Assembly (NCBI RefSeq): GCF_036365525.1
Contig: NC_090415.1
Span: 13,268,001-13,332,000 of the forward strand
Source of the DNA: Heterodontus francisci
Lineage: Eukaryota
Length of the DNA stretch: 64,000 nucleotides
Direction: 5' to 3'
Below the pieces are notes generated by a model. The model worked only from the letters and a program-made list of their open reading frames with translations, did not search any database and had not been told where the DNA came from. Positions 12,475-25,915 of this stretch are shown piece by piece. A program made the translations under genes and the position numbers. Position 1 is the first letter of the stretch, and each line of letters begins with the position of its first letter.

Positions 12475-12808
12475 GTTTAATAACCGCGTCATGAATTAAA
12501 AGGTTGCATTTGATAATGTCCATTGCCGACCTGAACTGCCGGTAAAGATGTAGAAAAGGATTTACTCCCGTTCGAGTAAGAAATGGCCGGAGCTTTATTC
12601 CCGCCAGAGACCGAACAGGGAATGAATCCCAATTCAAACCGTGTTGGAAGACACAGAGGGGGATCTAGGGCGGAAAAAAATCACGCGAAAAGCACTGAGA
12701 TTTTATAATCGCTCCCGCCAAATTAGGTTTTCTTTCATCTTTGCGTCGTTTATAATGTGAAAATGGCGGGCTTTTTGAAATTGATTCAATTTCAGTTGCA
12801 TTTCAACC
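12475..12808 (+). repeat. Orphan duplicate of the H3 upstream region (paralog of 13806-14135)
   Basis: cgcgtcatgaattaaa...tggcgggctttttgaaattgat...tttcagttgca.ttcaacc is shared; the match ends exactly inside the first CCAAT box. Confidence 0.85.
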
Positions 12809-13625
12809 GGATGTTGCCGGGACTGGAAAAAATGCAGCTATGAGGAAAGATTGAATGGTCCGTGGTTGTTCTCTGTGGCACAGAGAATGCTGAGGAGAGA
12901 GCTGATTGAATTGGATAACATTTTGAGAGGCCTGGATAGAGTGTAGGTGAAGGGCCAATTTACCTTAATGCAGAGGTCACTGACTAGGGGTCAAAGACTT
13001 AAAGCGTTTGGTAGAATGATTAGAGGGAAGATGAGGACAAGGTTTTTTTCCCTCTCATCTAGAGGATGGTGGGGGTCTGGAACTCAATGCCTGAAAGGGT
13101 AGTTGAGGCAGAAATCTTCAAATCATTCAAAAGAAGTCTGGATATGCACCTCAAGTGCATATTCTACAGGATTACAGATCAAATGCTGGCAGGTGGGATT
13201 AGAATGGGTGGAGAGCTTTCCGGCTGGCACAGACACGATGGTCCAAGTGGCTTCTTTCTGTGCCGTAAACTTTCAATGATTTTCAGAAAAGAGAAGGCTG
13301 AGGGGGGACATGATTGAGGTATCCAAAATTATGAAGGTCATTGATAGGTTAGACAGGAGGAAACTTTTTGTTTTCCCTTAGCGGAGGGATCAATAAGTAG
13401 GGGGAATAGATGTAAGGTAAGGGGCAGGAGGTTTAATGGAGATCTGAGGGAGAAAAAAACATTCATCATGTGGTTGGAATCTGGAACACACTGACTGAAT
13501 AGGTGGTAGAGGCAGGAACCCTCACAACATTTAAGAGGTATTTTGATGAGCACTTGAAACGCCATAGCATACAAGAATACGGGCCAAGTGCTGGAAAATG
13601 GGATTAGAATAGTTAGATGCTTGCA
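12809..13625 (+). mobile_element. CR1 LINE 3' fragments (two)
   Basis: RMLPGLE and VGVWNSMPERVVEAE translations, plus CR1 3' UTR. Confidence 0.85.
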
Positions 13626-13631
13626 GAAATA

Positions 13632-13805
13632 CTTGCAGGTTTATAGGTAAATTGCTCCCAGTGTAGGTAGATGGTAGGAGAATGGTGGGGATGCCGTAGG
13701 GAATATGGGATTAATGGAGGATTGGTATAAATGGGTGGTTGTTGGACGGCACAGACTCGGTGGGCCGAAGGGCCTGTTTCTGTGCTGTGTAACTCCATGA
13801 CTCTC
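13632..13805 (+). mobile_element. V-SINE (HE1-like), 3' half
   Basis: cttgcaggtt..taggtaaattg...ggcacagactcggtgggccgaagggcctgtttctgtgctgt, matching the full copy at 37527-37882. Confidence 0.75.
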
Positions 13806-14082
13806 TGTTTAGTTATCGCGTCATGAATTAAACGGTTGCATTTGACAATGTCCATTGACGACCTGAACTGCCGGTGAAGATGCAGGATTTATTCCCGTTA
13901 GAGTAAGCAATGACCGGAGCTTTATTCCCGCCTGAGACCGAACAAGGAATGAACCCCAATTCAAACCGTGTTGGAAGAAACGGAGGTGGAATCGAGGGCC
14001 GAAAGATGAAGCTCCAAGCAATGAGATTTTATAATTGTTCCCGCCGAATTAGGTTTTATTTAATCTTTGAGTAGTTTGCTAA

Positions 14083-14250
14083 TTTGAAATTGGCGGGCTT
14101 TTTGAAATTGATGAAATTTCAGTTGCAGTTCAACCAATCAGGGAGCAGCAATTCCCACCGCCCTTTTCCATCGTTTCAAATTGGATGATGGACGGGGTTT
14201 CATCCAATCACAACATTAGGGCGGTCCTTCGACTGTCTTAAATAGGCAGT
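14083..14250 (+). promoter_or_regulatory. H3 promoter: CDE/E2F-CHR element, CCAAT boxes, TATA-like
   Basis: TTGGCGG-GCTT-TTTGAA at 14090-14106; CCAAT at 14134 and 14204; ATTGG at 14180; TTAAATA at ~14238. Confidence 0.7.
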
Positions 14251-14299
14251 CCCTGAGCAGCTTCAGCATTAAACGTGACATTGTGTAAGGTCTTCGTAG

Positions 14300-14713
<414 letters not shown>

Positions 14714-14756
14714 ACTGACCCTGCCCTGAACTGAGTTCGGCATCAAATACCACAAC

Positions 14757-14772
14757 GGCTCTTTTAAGAGCT
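14757..14772 (+). terminator. Histone 3' stem-loop (H3)
   Basis: GGCTCT-TTTA-AGAGCT (basal G:U pair); AAAGAGTTG HDE downstream. Confidence 0.9.
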
Positions 14773-15167
14773 ACCAAATCGACAAAAGAAAGAGTTGTGA
14801 TCTCTTGTTCATTCCAGCACGTGAACGTCTCTGAGATTTGACCACTTATTTACTCAAAGCCGGGAGACACATTATATTGTCCGTCTCCGGCAGCTGGAGA
14901 TTTCATGACGTGGCAGTTGGAAGATCTAGAGTAGCGATACCAATGTGCACAGCGCATTTTAATAGACCGGCGATCGTTTTAGGTACACAAAGGGTAGAAT
15001 GGTAAAATTGCCTTTCCAATAGGGTCTGAGGGAATTAGAATGCATTTCATCTGATGAGCAACTAAATGCCAAAATCCAGTACACTTCATTCCAACACAAA
15101 ACAATGAAAACAGTGTAATATTACAGTCTTTCAGACAGTAACAAGCCCTTTCACAGATAAAGTGGGT

Positions 15168-15183
15168 GGCTCTGAAAAGAGCC
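15168..15183 (-). terminator. Histone 3' stem-loop (H2A)
   Basis: Reverse complement reads GGCTCT-TTTC-AGAGCC followed by ACCCA. Confidence 0.95.
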
Positions 15184-15213
15184 TTTGGGTTCACAGATTC
15201 AAGTCAGGCCGCT

Positions 15214-15862
<649 letters not shown>

Positions 15863-16337
15863 TATTTGTAAAACAAGGGGCGGCTTCAATATAGAATATC
15901 ACATTTATAGGTCATATTGTTTTACAGAAAACATTGCAATAACTTTTTATTTTTTTTATTCCACATTTTGTCCCTGATTGTTCCAGATTCGCTTTTGTAA
16001 TCCGCCATGTATTCTGCTTTATTCTTTTCTTTTTATGATACTGTCTGTAACCAGCGGCTGAAAGCCTCATTCACAGTATCCTGCAACCGGCCACATTTCA
16101 GGTCAATTTTCATAATAATTCTACATCACTGATTATAGATTGATCCCTTTTCGTGGAGGACAAAAGAGGAGTAGAGATATTCTGTGTTATGTGCCAAAAA
16201 ACCGATCTGCCGACATCCCTGACCTTCTGACTCCCTCTGTTACTGTCTCTTCAATTACTTCCATTTTGTTGGAACTGCCCCGTTACTTTTTCATTCTCTT
16301 CCGATCATTCCACCGCACATCTATTTAGGCCCAGGCA

Positions 16338-16419
16338 GACCAGGTGGTCGGGTGGTTAACGCGATTGACAACTAATTCATTGAGCTCTGCCTGCGTCGCT
16401 TCAAATCGTTTGTCTGTGA
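16338..16419 (+). pseudogene. tRNA-Ser(GCT) pseudogene
   Basis: gaccaggtggtcgggtggttaacgcgattgacaactaattcattgagctctgcctgcgtcgcttcaaatc aligns without gaps to vertebrate tRNA-Ser-GCT (GACGAGGTGGCCGAGTGGTTAAGGCGATGGACTGCTAATCCATTGTGCTCTGCACGCGTGGGTTCGAATC). The anticodon and acceptor stem are mutated. Confidence 0.8.
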
Positions 16420-16499
16420 AATGTTTCTCTTAGCTGGTTGTCACTGAAGAGCACCGACTTCAGATGTCTTTTTAAGAATGTGCTGGGTCTTTCATTCTG

Positions 16500-17190
16500 A
16501 ACAAGAACAAAGAACAGTACAGCACAGGAACAGGCCATTCGGCCCTCCAAGCCTGCGCCGATCTTGATGCCTGCCTAAACTAAAACCTTCTGCACTTCCG
16601 GGGTCCGTATCCCTCTATTCCCATCCTATTCATGTATTTGTCAAGTTGCCTCTTAAACGTCTCTATGGTACCTGCTTCCACCACCTCCCCCGGCAACAAG
16701 TTCCAGGCACTCACCACCCTCTGTGTAAGGAACTTGCCTCGCATATCCCCTCTAAACTTTGCCCCTCTCACCTTAAACCTATGTCCCCAGGAAACTGACT
16801 CTTCCACCCTGGGGAACTTTGTAAACCTCTGTCGCCCTCTACCTCCGTCGTTCCAGTGAAAACAATCCGAGTTTATCCAACCTCTCCTCATAGCTAATGT
16901 CCTCCAGACCAGGCAACAGTGGCCTAACTAAAGTTCTGTACAGCTGCAGCGTGACTTGCCAATATTTATACTCTATGCCCCGAATGATGAAGGCATGCAT
17001 GCTATATGTCTTCTTGACTACCTTATCCACCTGCGTTGCCACTTTCAGTGACCTGTGGACCTGTACGCCCAGATCTCTCTGCCTGTCAATACCCCTCAGG
17101 GTTCTGCCACTTACTGGATAATTCCCACCTGTATTAGATCTTCCAAAATGCATTCCCTCACATTTGTCTGGATTAAACTCCATCTGCCAC
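16500..17190 (-). mobile_element. CR1 LINE 3' fragment
   Basis: MEFNPDKC..HFGRSN and FLTQRVVSAWNLLP translations; microsatellite tail at 16500-16516. Confidence 0.9.
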
Positions 17191-17194
17191 GATG

Positions 17195-17440
17195 GAATAC
17201 GAGAAAGAACTTTTTATGTACTGAATGGTAATGACCTGGAACTCACTGACCACAAGGGTGGAAGAAGCTGAGGCAGTTAATGACGTCAAGAGGATATTGG
17301 GATGGCATCTGAAGGAAATAAACTTGCAGAGCGACAAGGATCGTGTGGGGAAATGAGTGTGACTGGATTCATCTATGGAGAGCTGGCATGGAGTCGATGG
17401 GCCCAATGGCTTCCTTCTGTGCTGGAAATATCTGTATGTT
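17195..17440 (+). mobile_element. CR1 3' end fragment
   Basis: WNSL motif and the gggcc..atggcttccttctgtgctg 3' UTR. Confidence 0.65.
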
Positions 17441-17641
17441 TACTATTTGTTTGTGACTGAAACCTGATTATTTTAAAGGCTTTTCAAAATATAGTAGCCA
17501 TAAAAAGAAACCACAGGTCCATTTTATGTGAGAACTGCATGGATGATGAGAATTTTATCAATTGCTCTGACATTTTTAGATAGTTTAATTCAAGTTCCAG
17601 AATTAAAGCCTGACATTCAACAGGGCAATAAAGATGGTCAT

Positions 17642-17713
17642 TGTGATGGCCAGGAATCAAAACTAACTCAACTGCTTGGAAAGCAGCTTTGCTCACCACT
17701 ATAACAAGATTGC
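17642..17713 (-). pseudogene. tRNA-Gly(TCC) pseudogene
   Basis: The 72-nt reverse complement gcaatcttgttatagtggtgagcaaagctgctttccaagcagttgagttagttttgattcctggccatcaca aligns without gaps to tRNA-Gly-TCC. The acceptor and T arms are disrupted. Confidence 0.8.
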
Positions 17714-17825
17714 TTCTGGAAACAGGCCCCTCAGGCTTCATTTATGGAGCAACTACACACAATAGCCTTCTGATTAATCAAATGCTTTGCAAGCATTTTA
17801 ATCTGAAACTTTTAGTTTATGTTCA

Positions 17826-17982
17826 TCAAAAACAAAATACTGTGGATGCTGGAAATCTGAAATAAAAACAGAATGAAATGTAAATACTCTGATGAAAGGT
17901 CACAGACCTGAAACGTTAAAACAGTTCCTCTCTCCGCAGATATTGCTAGTCCTGATGGGTATATCCAGCACTTTGTTTTCAT
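17826..17982 (+). mobile_element. Hammerhead-core element (inverted partial pair) with the best-preserved core at 17889-17917
   Basis: CTGATGA-A-AGGTC.aca.GACCT-GAAACGTT, preceded by an inverted copy of the element's 3' part (aaaatactgtggatgctggaaatctgaaataaaaac). Confidence 0.7.
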
Positions 17983-18339
17983 TACCACGTTTATGTTACC
18001 ATTGAAGGATAGAATCATTGAATGGTTGCATCACAGAAAGAGGACATTCGGCCCATTCTGTCTGGGCCAGGTTTCTGCAGAGCAGCTGACCTAGTCCCAC
18101 TCCCCGGCCTTTTCTCCATAGCTTGGTAATTTTGATTTACTATTCATATCATTATCCAATTCTCTTTGGCAGGGCTCTATTGAATGTGTCTCCACCACAC
18201 TCTGTTATTTCTCTCCAATTAAAATAGATACAAATGAATGGTTCTCTCGTTGCATGACTCACTTTCGGCCAGAAGATGGCACCAGCCACAATCATTTGCT
18301 CCTTACGGTTTTTGTATGCACGTCTCTATTGCGATGGAC

Positions 18340-18474
18340 CTGTTGCTGCCTGGGGAGCTTGCCAAGCCCACCATGTCGAAAGGGACAAAGGCAGTGACCA
18401 AGCACAACAGCTCCTTGTAGATCTCCACAATGTACAGAAAGAAAGCACCAAGCACAACGGCTCTTTTAAGATCC
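18340..18474 (+). pseudogene. H2B: Histone H2B pseudogene: C-terminal remnant plus decayed stem-loop
   Basis: [26 protein letters not shown] vs canonical [42 protein letters not shown] at 18459-18474. No N-terminal H2B sequence is visible. Confidence 0.88.
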
Positions 18475-18649
18475 ACTGACAGCCTCTCTGAAATAATCGA
18501 TTTGCTGAAGTGATTTCAATACCAGCTGTTCAAATTTCAGCCAAGTTTACTTTGAGTTCTCAAACAAGCACGTTCACCAACCGCTTCAAACATTGTGTCA
18601 CTTATTAATTCCCTGCCCTACAAACTAAATATCGTCCAATGATCGCCAT

Positions 18650-19190
18650 TGTACCTGACAGTTTCTGGTACGGGAGTATTGATTTAGTCTGTATCTGTCA
18701 GTTTTTGGAGTATGATGTGGGGTTGACACTGTACCTGTCATTCTGTGGTGTGTGAATGTTGGTTTTATTTTCTGGTATTTAAATATGTATTCTGTTCTGT
18801 ACCTGTCAGTTTCTGGTATGTGTGTAGTTTTCACTTCGTGTTTGTCAGTTTCTGCTATGGGAGTATGGGATTTACTCGATATTTGTCTGCCGCTGAAATG
18901 TGAGTGTGCGTTTGAACCTTTAATTCCTTTGTGCCTTACAGTATTGATCTTTACCTATCAGTTTCTGCAGTGTGTGTGGGGTTTGCTTCATGCTTCTCTG
19001 TTTCTGGTATGTTTGTATAATTTTACTCTGCTCTCACAGGTGAGTGTTGTTTTCTTGTCTATTTTGCTGTATCATTCAGTTTCTGGGATGCAAATGTAAG
19101 TTTCACTCTATATCTCTCAATCCCTAACCTGTAATTTGTCTGTATCTGATTGTAAGTGCAGTTTTTTTTTCTGCTCCTGTCTGTTACAGG
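18650..19190. repeat. ~40-bp degenerate array block
   Basis: Recurrent tgtacctgtcagtttctggtatgtg units. Confidence 0.75.
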
Positions 19191-20850
19191 GAATGCAGAG
19201 TTTATAGAAAGGGAGAAACTTAAAACAATCATCACTGGGAAAAAAATACTCAGCAAACCATTAGGATTGAAGGTGGACAAGTCCCCAGGGCATGATAGCC
19301 TTCATCGTAGGGTCTTAAAGGAAGTTGCAGCAAGATAGTGGATCCATTGGTTATAATATTTCAAAATTCCCTGGATGCAGGAAAGGTTCCAGTGGATTGG
19401 AAAAATGCCAATATAACGCCCTTCTTCAAAAAGGGAGGAAGGCAGAAAGTAGGAAACTATAGACCAGTTAGTTTCACATCCATCTATATTGGGAAATTGT
19501 TAGAATCCATTATTAAAATGTAATAACAGGTCATTTGGAAAGTCAAAACGCAATCCATCTGAGTCAGCATGGTTTTATGAAGGGTAAATCGTGTTTGACT
19601 AGTTTGCTAGAGTTCTTCGAACATGTAACAAGCAAAGTGGATAATGGGGATCCTGTGGATGTAGTATATCTGGACTTTATGAAGGCATTGGATAAGGTGC
19701 CGAACAAAAGGAAAGATCACATGTGGTTAGGGCCAATTTATGGGCTTGGATAGAGGATTGGCTAACCAACAGAAAACAGAGGTTCAGTATAAATGGGTCT
19801 TTTTCTGGTTGGCAAGATATAACTAGTGGAGTGTCACAGGGTTCGGTCCTTGTGACCCAACTATTTACAATCTATATTAATGACTTGGATGCAGGGACAG
19901 AAGGCACTATAGCCAAATTTGCTGATGACATGAAAACAGGTTGGATAGTAAGTTGCAATAAAGAAATAAGAAATTTACAAATGGATATGGATAGGTGAAG
20001 TGAATGGGCCAAAATGTGGCAGATGGAGTTTAACATGGATAAGTGTGAGGTTATCCATTTTGGTCAGAAGAATAGAAAGTCAAATTATAATCAAAATGGA
20101 GAGAAACGTCAGAGTGCTTTGGAACAGAGGCATGTTGGCGTTCTCGTGCGTGAATTGCAGAAAACTGGTATGCAGATGCAGCAGGTATGAAGGAACCCAA
20201 ATGGAATTTTGGCATTCATTGCGAAAGGAAAAGAGTATAGAAGTAGGGAAGTGTTGCTGCAACTGTACAAGGTCTTCGTGAGACAGCACCTGGAGTATTA
20301 AGTACAGTTTTGGTCCTCTTACTTGAGGAGGGATGTAGTTGCATTGGAGGCAATTCAGAGGAGGTTCACCAGACTGATTCCAGAGATGAGGGGTTTGTCT
20401 TATGAAGAGAGATTGAGCAGTTTAGGCCTTTGCTCTTTAGTGTTTAGAAGAATGAGGGGAAATCTAATTGAGGTATATAAGATGATTCAGGGGATTGACA
20501 AAGTTGACAAAGAGGATGTTTCCTCTTGTGAGACAATCTAGATCGAGAGGTCATAGTTTCAGAATAAGGGGTCGCAGATTTAAAACAGAGGTGAGGAGAA
20601 ATTACTTCTCTCAAAGGGTCGTGAGACTGTGGAATTCACTACCCCAGAGTGTGGTGGATGACCGGATGTTGAGTAAATTTAAGGAGAAGATGGTCAGATT
20701 TTCCATTAATATTGGGTTGAAGGGTTATGGAGAACGGGCAGGAAAGTGGAGTTGAGGCCGAAATGAGATCAGCCATGATTGTATTGAATGGCGGAGCAGG
20801 TTTGAGGGGCTGAATTGCCTACTTCTGCTCTTAGTTCTTATGTTCTTTTA
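19190..20850 (+). mobile_element. CR1 LINE ORF2 (RT) to 3' end, decayed
   Basis: KSPGHD, GNYRPVS, QHGFMKGKSCLT, GVSQGSVL, KFADD translations; tail tcttatgttcttt. Confidence 0.92.
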
Positions 20851-21231
20851 TGTGAGAAACATCTTAGTCTGTATTTTGAAGCCTCAGATATATCTGCGTG
20901 TCGCTTGAACTCTGTCCTTGTCAGTTTCTGGTCTGTGAGTCTATCATTGTGGGTTCAATCATTACCCAGAGCTCAGTTTAACTGGTGAAATTTACAGGCT
21001 CCTTTTTTTTTTGCTCTATTTAACAAAGATCTTTGCCATTGTTTCTGACTGAGAACTCATTTATCACCTGAAAGACTGTGCTTTGGTTAACATAGTTCTC
21101 ATTGAAAGAAAACTGAAGCTCAGCTATATGGGAGCTGCACATGGATGATGAGAGTATTTTGTCAATTTTATTTTGGAAATTGCATTAACAATTAAGGTAT
21201 CAATGCAGCTGGATGGTATTAGAATTGATAC

Positions 21232-21301
21232 CTGACCTGCAGGAAGGAACCGAGGTCAACAGCTTGGAAGGCAGCTTTGGTCAGCATTAAACCACCATCA
21301 C
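21232..21301 (-). pseudogene. tRNA-Gly(TCC) pseudogene, second copy
   Basis: Reverse complement gtgatggtggtttaatgctgaccaaagctgccttccaagctgttgacctcggttc; the flank (21040-21230) resembles 17450-17640. Confidence 0.7.
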
Positions 21302-21894
21302 TCAATGAGTTTGACATATGTAAACATGTACTTTATTCAGTAACATTTATTTTCTATTTTGTGTTTATATCTGGTTCCAATTCATCATTTCAGGCTCCAG
21401 TACTCTGTGTGAGGTGGGATTAATGTGGTGTATGTCAGTTTCTGCTACTCCCTGTGAGTATGAATATACTTATGTTCCAATCAGTCTGTCAAACTGAATA
21501 TGTGTACGGATAAATTCATTTCTCATCAGTAACTGCCACTGACAGTGAGCCTGAGATTCATTCAATATCTCTGTCTCTGGTATTGTATGTGAATGTGTTG
21601 TTTATTCTGTGGCTCTCATTGTGCTTTTTATTCTCTACTACTCCATGTCAATGAAATTTGTCCTGTGTCCATCAGTTTCATGTACTGTAATTGAGTATGG
21701 GATGCATTATATAGCTGTCATTCTCTGATCTGCCAGACAGATTTTTGATCTACAATGGAATAAAGGGTTATGGGGGAAGCCAAGAAATTGAAGTTAAGAC
21801 CACAATCAGATCAGCCATAATTTTAATGAATGGAAAGCAGGCAGGGGGGTCAAATGGACTAGTCTTGCTCCTGTTTCTTATGTTATTTATTTCA

Positions 21895-24800
21895 GAACCT
21901 AAGAACATAAGAAACAGGAGTAAGAGCAGGCCATTCGGCCCCTCAAACCTGCCCCGCCATTCAATAAGATCATGGCTGATCTGCCTCAGACCTCAACTCC
22001 TCTTTCATGCTAGCTCCTCATAGCCCTCAACTCCCCAATATTTCTAAAATCTATCTACCTCCTCTTAAAATACTTTCAGTAATCTCACCTCCACAACGCT
22101 CTGGGGTAGGGAATTCCAGACACTCACTACGCTCTGAGAGAAGAAATTCCTTTGCATCTCAGTTTTAAATGAGTGTCCCCTTATTCTGCAACTATGTCCC
22201 CCAGTTCGAGATTCCCCCATTAGTAGAAATATCTTCTCAGCATCTACCCTGTCAAGCCCCCTCAGAATCTTATACATTTCAATAAGGTCACTATCATTCT
22301 TTTATACTGTAATGAATAAAGTGCTAACCTGTGTAGCCATTCTTGATAAGTCAACCCCTTCATCTCAGGTAGAAGCCGAGTGAATCTCTTTTGAACTGCT
22401 TCCAATGCTCGGATATCCTTTCTTAAATACGGGGATGAAAACTGTACACAGTACTCCATGTGCAGCCTCACCAACACCCTGTACAGTTGTAACAAGACTA
22501 CCCTATTTTTAAACTCCAACCCCCTCGCAATAATGGCCATAATTCCATTTGTCTTTTTAATTGCTTGCTGCACCTGCATACTAACATTTGTGTTTCAAGG
22601 ACAAGAACCCAGATCCCTCTGTGCTGTACTTTTTTGGAGTCTCTCTCCATTTAAATAATCATCTGCCTTTTGATTCTTCCTGTCAAAGTACATGACCTCA
22701 CACTTTCCTACATTAAACTTCATCTGCCAAGGTTTTGCCCACTGACTCAACCCATCTATATCCTTTGCAGATTCCTTACGTCGTCATGACAACATGTCCT
22801 CCCACCTATTTTTGGATAGTCATCAAATGTGGATATATTACATCTGTCCCCTCCTCCAAGTCATTCATATAGATAGTAAATAATTGAGGGCCTAGGACTG
22901 ATCCTTGTGGCACTCCACTAGTTAAATCTTTCCAACCTGAAAAAGACCCATTCATCCAAAATCTCTGCCTTCTGTGTGTCAACCCATCCTCAATCCATGC
23001 TAATACATTACCCCCAATACCCCATGAGCTCCTGTCTTGTGCTATAATCATTAATGTAGCTCTTTATCGAATGCTTTCCGGAAATTCAAATACACCACAG
23101 CACCCGGTACCAGTTTAGTTTAATTTAAAGATACAGCACTGAAACAGGCCCTTCAGCCAATCGAGTCTGTGCCGACCATCAACCACCCATTTATACTAAC
23201 CCTACACTAATCCCATATTCCTACCACGTCGCCACCTGTCTCTATATTTCTCAACCACCTACCTATACTAGGGGCAATTTATAATGGCCAATTTACCTAC
23301 CAACCTGCAAGTCTTTTGGCTTGTGGGAGGAAACCAGAGCACCCGGAGAAAACCCATGCAGACACAGGGAGAACTTGCAAACTCCACACAGGCAGTACCC
23401 AGAATTGATCCCTAGTCGCTGGAGCTGTGAGGCTGCGGTGCCGCCAGAGTTTATCAACTCTGCTTGTTATACCATCAAAGAACTCTGGCAAATTTATCAA
23501 ACATGATTTCCATTTCACAAAACCATGTTGACTTGGTTTGAGTGTATTAAGCTTTTCTAAATGTCCTGCTATTTCTTCCTTCACAATGGACTCCAGCATT
23601 TTCCCAATGACAGATGTTAGACTGACTGGCCTATCGTTTTCTGCTTTTTTGTCTCCCTCCCTTCGTGAACAGGGGCATCACATTAACGGTTTTCCAATCT
23701 GCTAGGACCCTCCTGGAATCCACTGAGATCTGGAATATTTTGACCAATGTTTCCATTACCTCTGCAGCCACTTGGTTTAAAACTCTTGGATGTAGGCCAT
23801 CAGGTCCTGGTGACTTGTCTGCCTTTAGTCCCATTAGTTTGTCAAGTACTTTGTCCCTCGTGATAGAGACAGTTACAAGATCTTTCTTCCTATTAGGCCC
23901 TTGATTATCTGATATCTGTGGGAAGTTTATAGTGTCCTCCACTGTGAAGACAGATGCAAAATATTGGTTTAAATTATCTGCCATTTCCCTGTTCCCTGTG
24001 ATCAATTCCACAGTCACATCCTCCAAAGTCCCACACCCTCTTTAGCTACTCTCTTTTTCTATACCCATAGAAGCTCTCGCTGTTTGTTTTTATATTTCTT
24101 GCCAATTTACTTTCATAATCATTTTTCTCCCTTTTTATTAGCTTTTTAGTCAACCGCTGCTGGTTCCTAAAAAAATTCCCAATCGTCCGGCCTACCACTA
24201 ATCTTTGCCGCTTTGTATGCCTTAGTTTTTGATTGGATACTCTCCTTGACTGAATTTGTTAATCATGGGTGGTTCATCCTTCTCTTTTTGACTGGGATTA
24301 ATTTTTGCTCAGCATTATGAACTATCTGTTTAAATGCCTGCCACTGCTCATCCACTGACTTTCCCTTAGTCCATTTACCAAGCCCGCTTTAAACAACTCT
24401 TTCTTCATACCACTGCAATTGCCCTTGTATCAGTTAAGGATCCTGGTTTGAGACCCGAGTTGCTCGCCCTCAAACTGAATTTGAAATTCTACCATGTTGT
24501 GATCACAACACACCAGAGGATTCTTAACTACAATATCTCTTATTAATACTACCTTATTACACATTGCTAGATCTAAAATACCCTGTTCCCGGGTAGGTTC
24601 TGCAATGTATTACTCTAAGTATCAGTCCCTGATGCATGCTACAAATTTGTCTTCAATGTTACCTCTGCCAATCTGATTTGTCCAGTCAATATGCAGATTA
24701 AAATTACCCATAACAATTCTGCCACCCTTCTTACATGGCACCGTTATTTCCCGATTTATACTTTGTCCTACAGTGAGGCAACACGTAAGGGACCTATAGT

Positions 24801-25915
24801 CGAATCCCACCCGTGACTTCTTCCCCTTGCTATTCCTAATTTCCACCCAAACTGATTCTACATCATGATATTTTGCACCTATATCACCACTCACCACTGC
24901 ACTGATACCTTCCTTTGATAACAAAGCTATCCTACCTGCTTCTTTTTGTCTATTTTTCCAGAACGTTGAATATTGAGTTTCCAGTCTTGGTCACCCTGCA
25001 ACTACGTCTCTGTAACAGCTATTAAGTCACATTCATTTATTTCTATCTGTGCCAACAACTCATCTACCTTTTTCCAAATGTTGGGTGCATTCAGTTCAAG
25101 AGCCTTAAGCTTTGACTTTTTACCATTATTAGTCATTCTGGTTTGAATTGTTGCTGCACTCTTCTGCTAATATTTTCGGCACCTTCCTGTCACACTTTGA
25201 TTACCATATGTCTCTTCACTAGCCTGCACCAGTGCTTTCTCATTCCTTTTTGATTTTTTAAACTTCCCTTCAATTGAAACCTTCCCCTCACTAATTACTT
25301 TAAAGTCATATCTACAACCCTAGTTATACAATTCAACAGGTCACTGGTCCCAGCATGGTTCAAATGAAGCCCATCCCAATGGAACAGCTCTCTCCTTCCC
25401 CAGTACTGGTGCCACTGCTGCATGAATTGGAACCCATTACTCACACACCAAACTTTGAGCCACACGTTTACCTCTCCAATCTTATTTACCGTATGCCAAT
25501 TTGTACATGGCTCAGGTAGTAATCTGGAGAGTATTACCTTTGATGTTCTGTTGTTTAATTTAACCCCGAGCTGTTCCTTGTACCTCAGCAGAACCTCTTT
25601 CAAGTCCTACCTATAGCGTTGATATCTATGTGGACCATGACAACTGGATCCTTCCCATCTCACTCCAAGTTCCTCGACAGTCCAGAAGAGATGTCCTTAA
25701 TCTTGGCACCAGGTAGGCAGCACAGCCTTCAGGACTCCCTGTCTTTGCTGCAGAGAACGGTATCTATTCCCCAAACTATGCTATCCCCTATTACTAAACC
25801 TCCCACTTGAATGGCACTCAGAACCATGGTGCTGTGGTCAGTTTGCTCATCCTCCCTGCAGCCTGTGCCCTCGTCCACATGTGGAGCAACAACCTCATAC
25901 CTCATGGATAAGGGC
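21895..25915 (-). mobile_element. Long CR1 LINE (ORF1 esterase, ORF2 EN-RT, 3' UTR), decayed, interrupted by a SINE
   Basis: ORF1 ...LFHWDGLHLNHAGT (SGNH esterase); EN VESVWVEI..MGNFN; [12 protein letters not shown]; tail at ~21895-21915. Confidence 0.92.
23113..23442 (-). mobile_element. V-SINE (HE1-like), 5' end clipped, nested in CR1
   Basis: V-domain gtgtggagtttgcaagttctccctgtgtctgcatgggttttctccggg on the minus strand. Confidence 0.88.

Noticed and set aside
14859-14891. Imperfect GC-rich hairpin (gccgggagac...gtctccggc) between the convergent H3 and H2A
   Set aside because: Single short instance downstream of the processing site; compatible with chance.
20945-21012. gtgggttcaatc...T-run resembling a Pol III gene remnant
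   Set aside because: Too short and degenerate to align to any RNA I can recognise.
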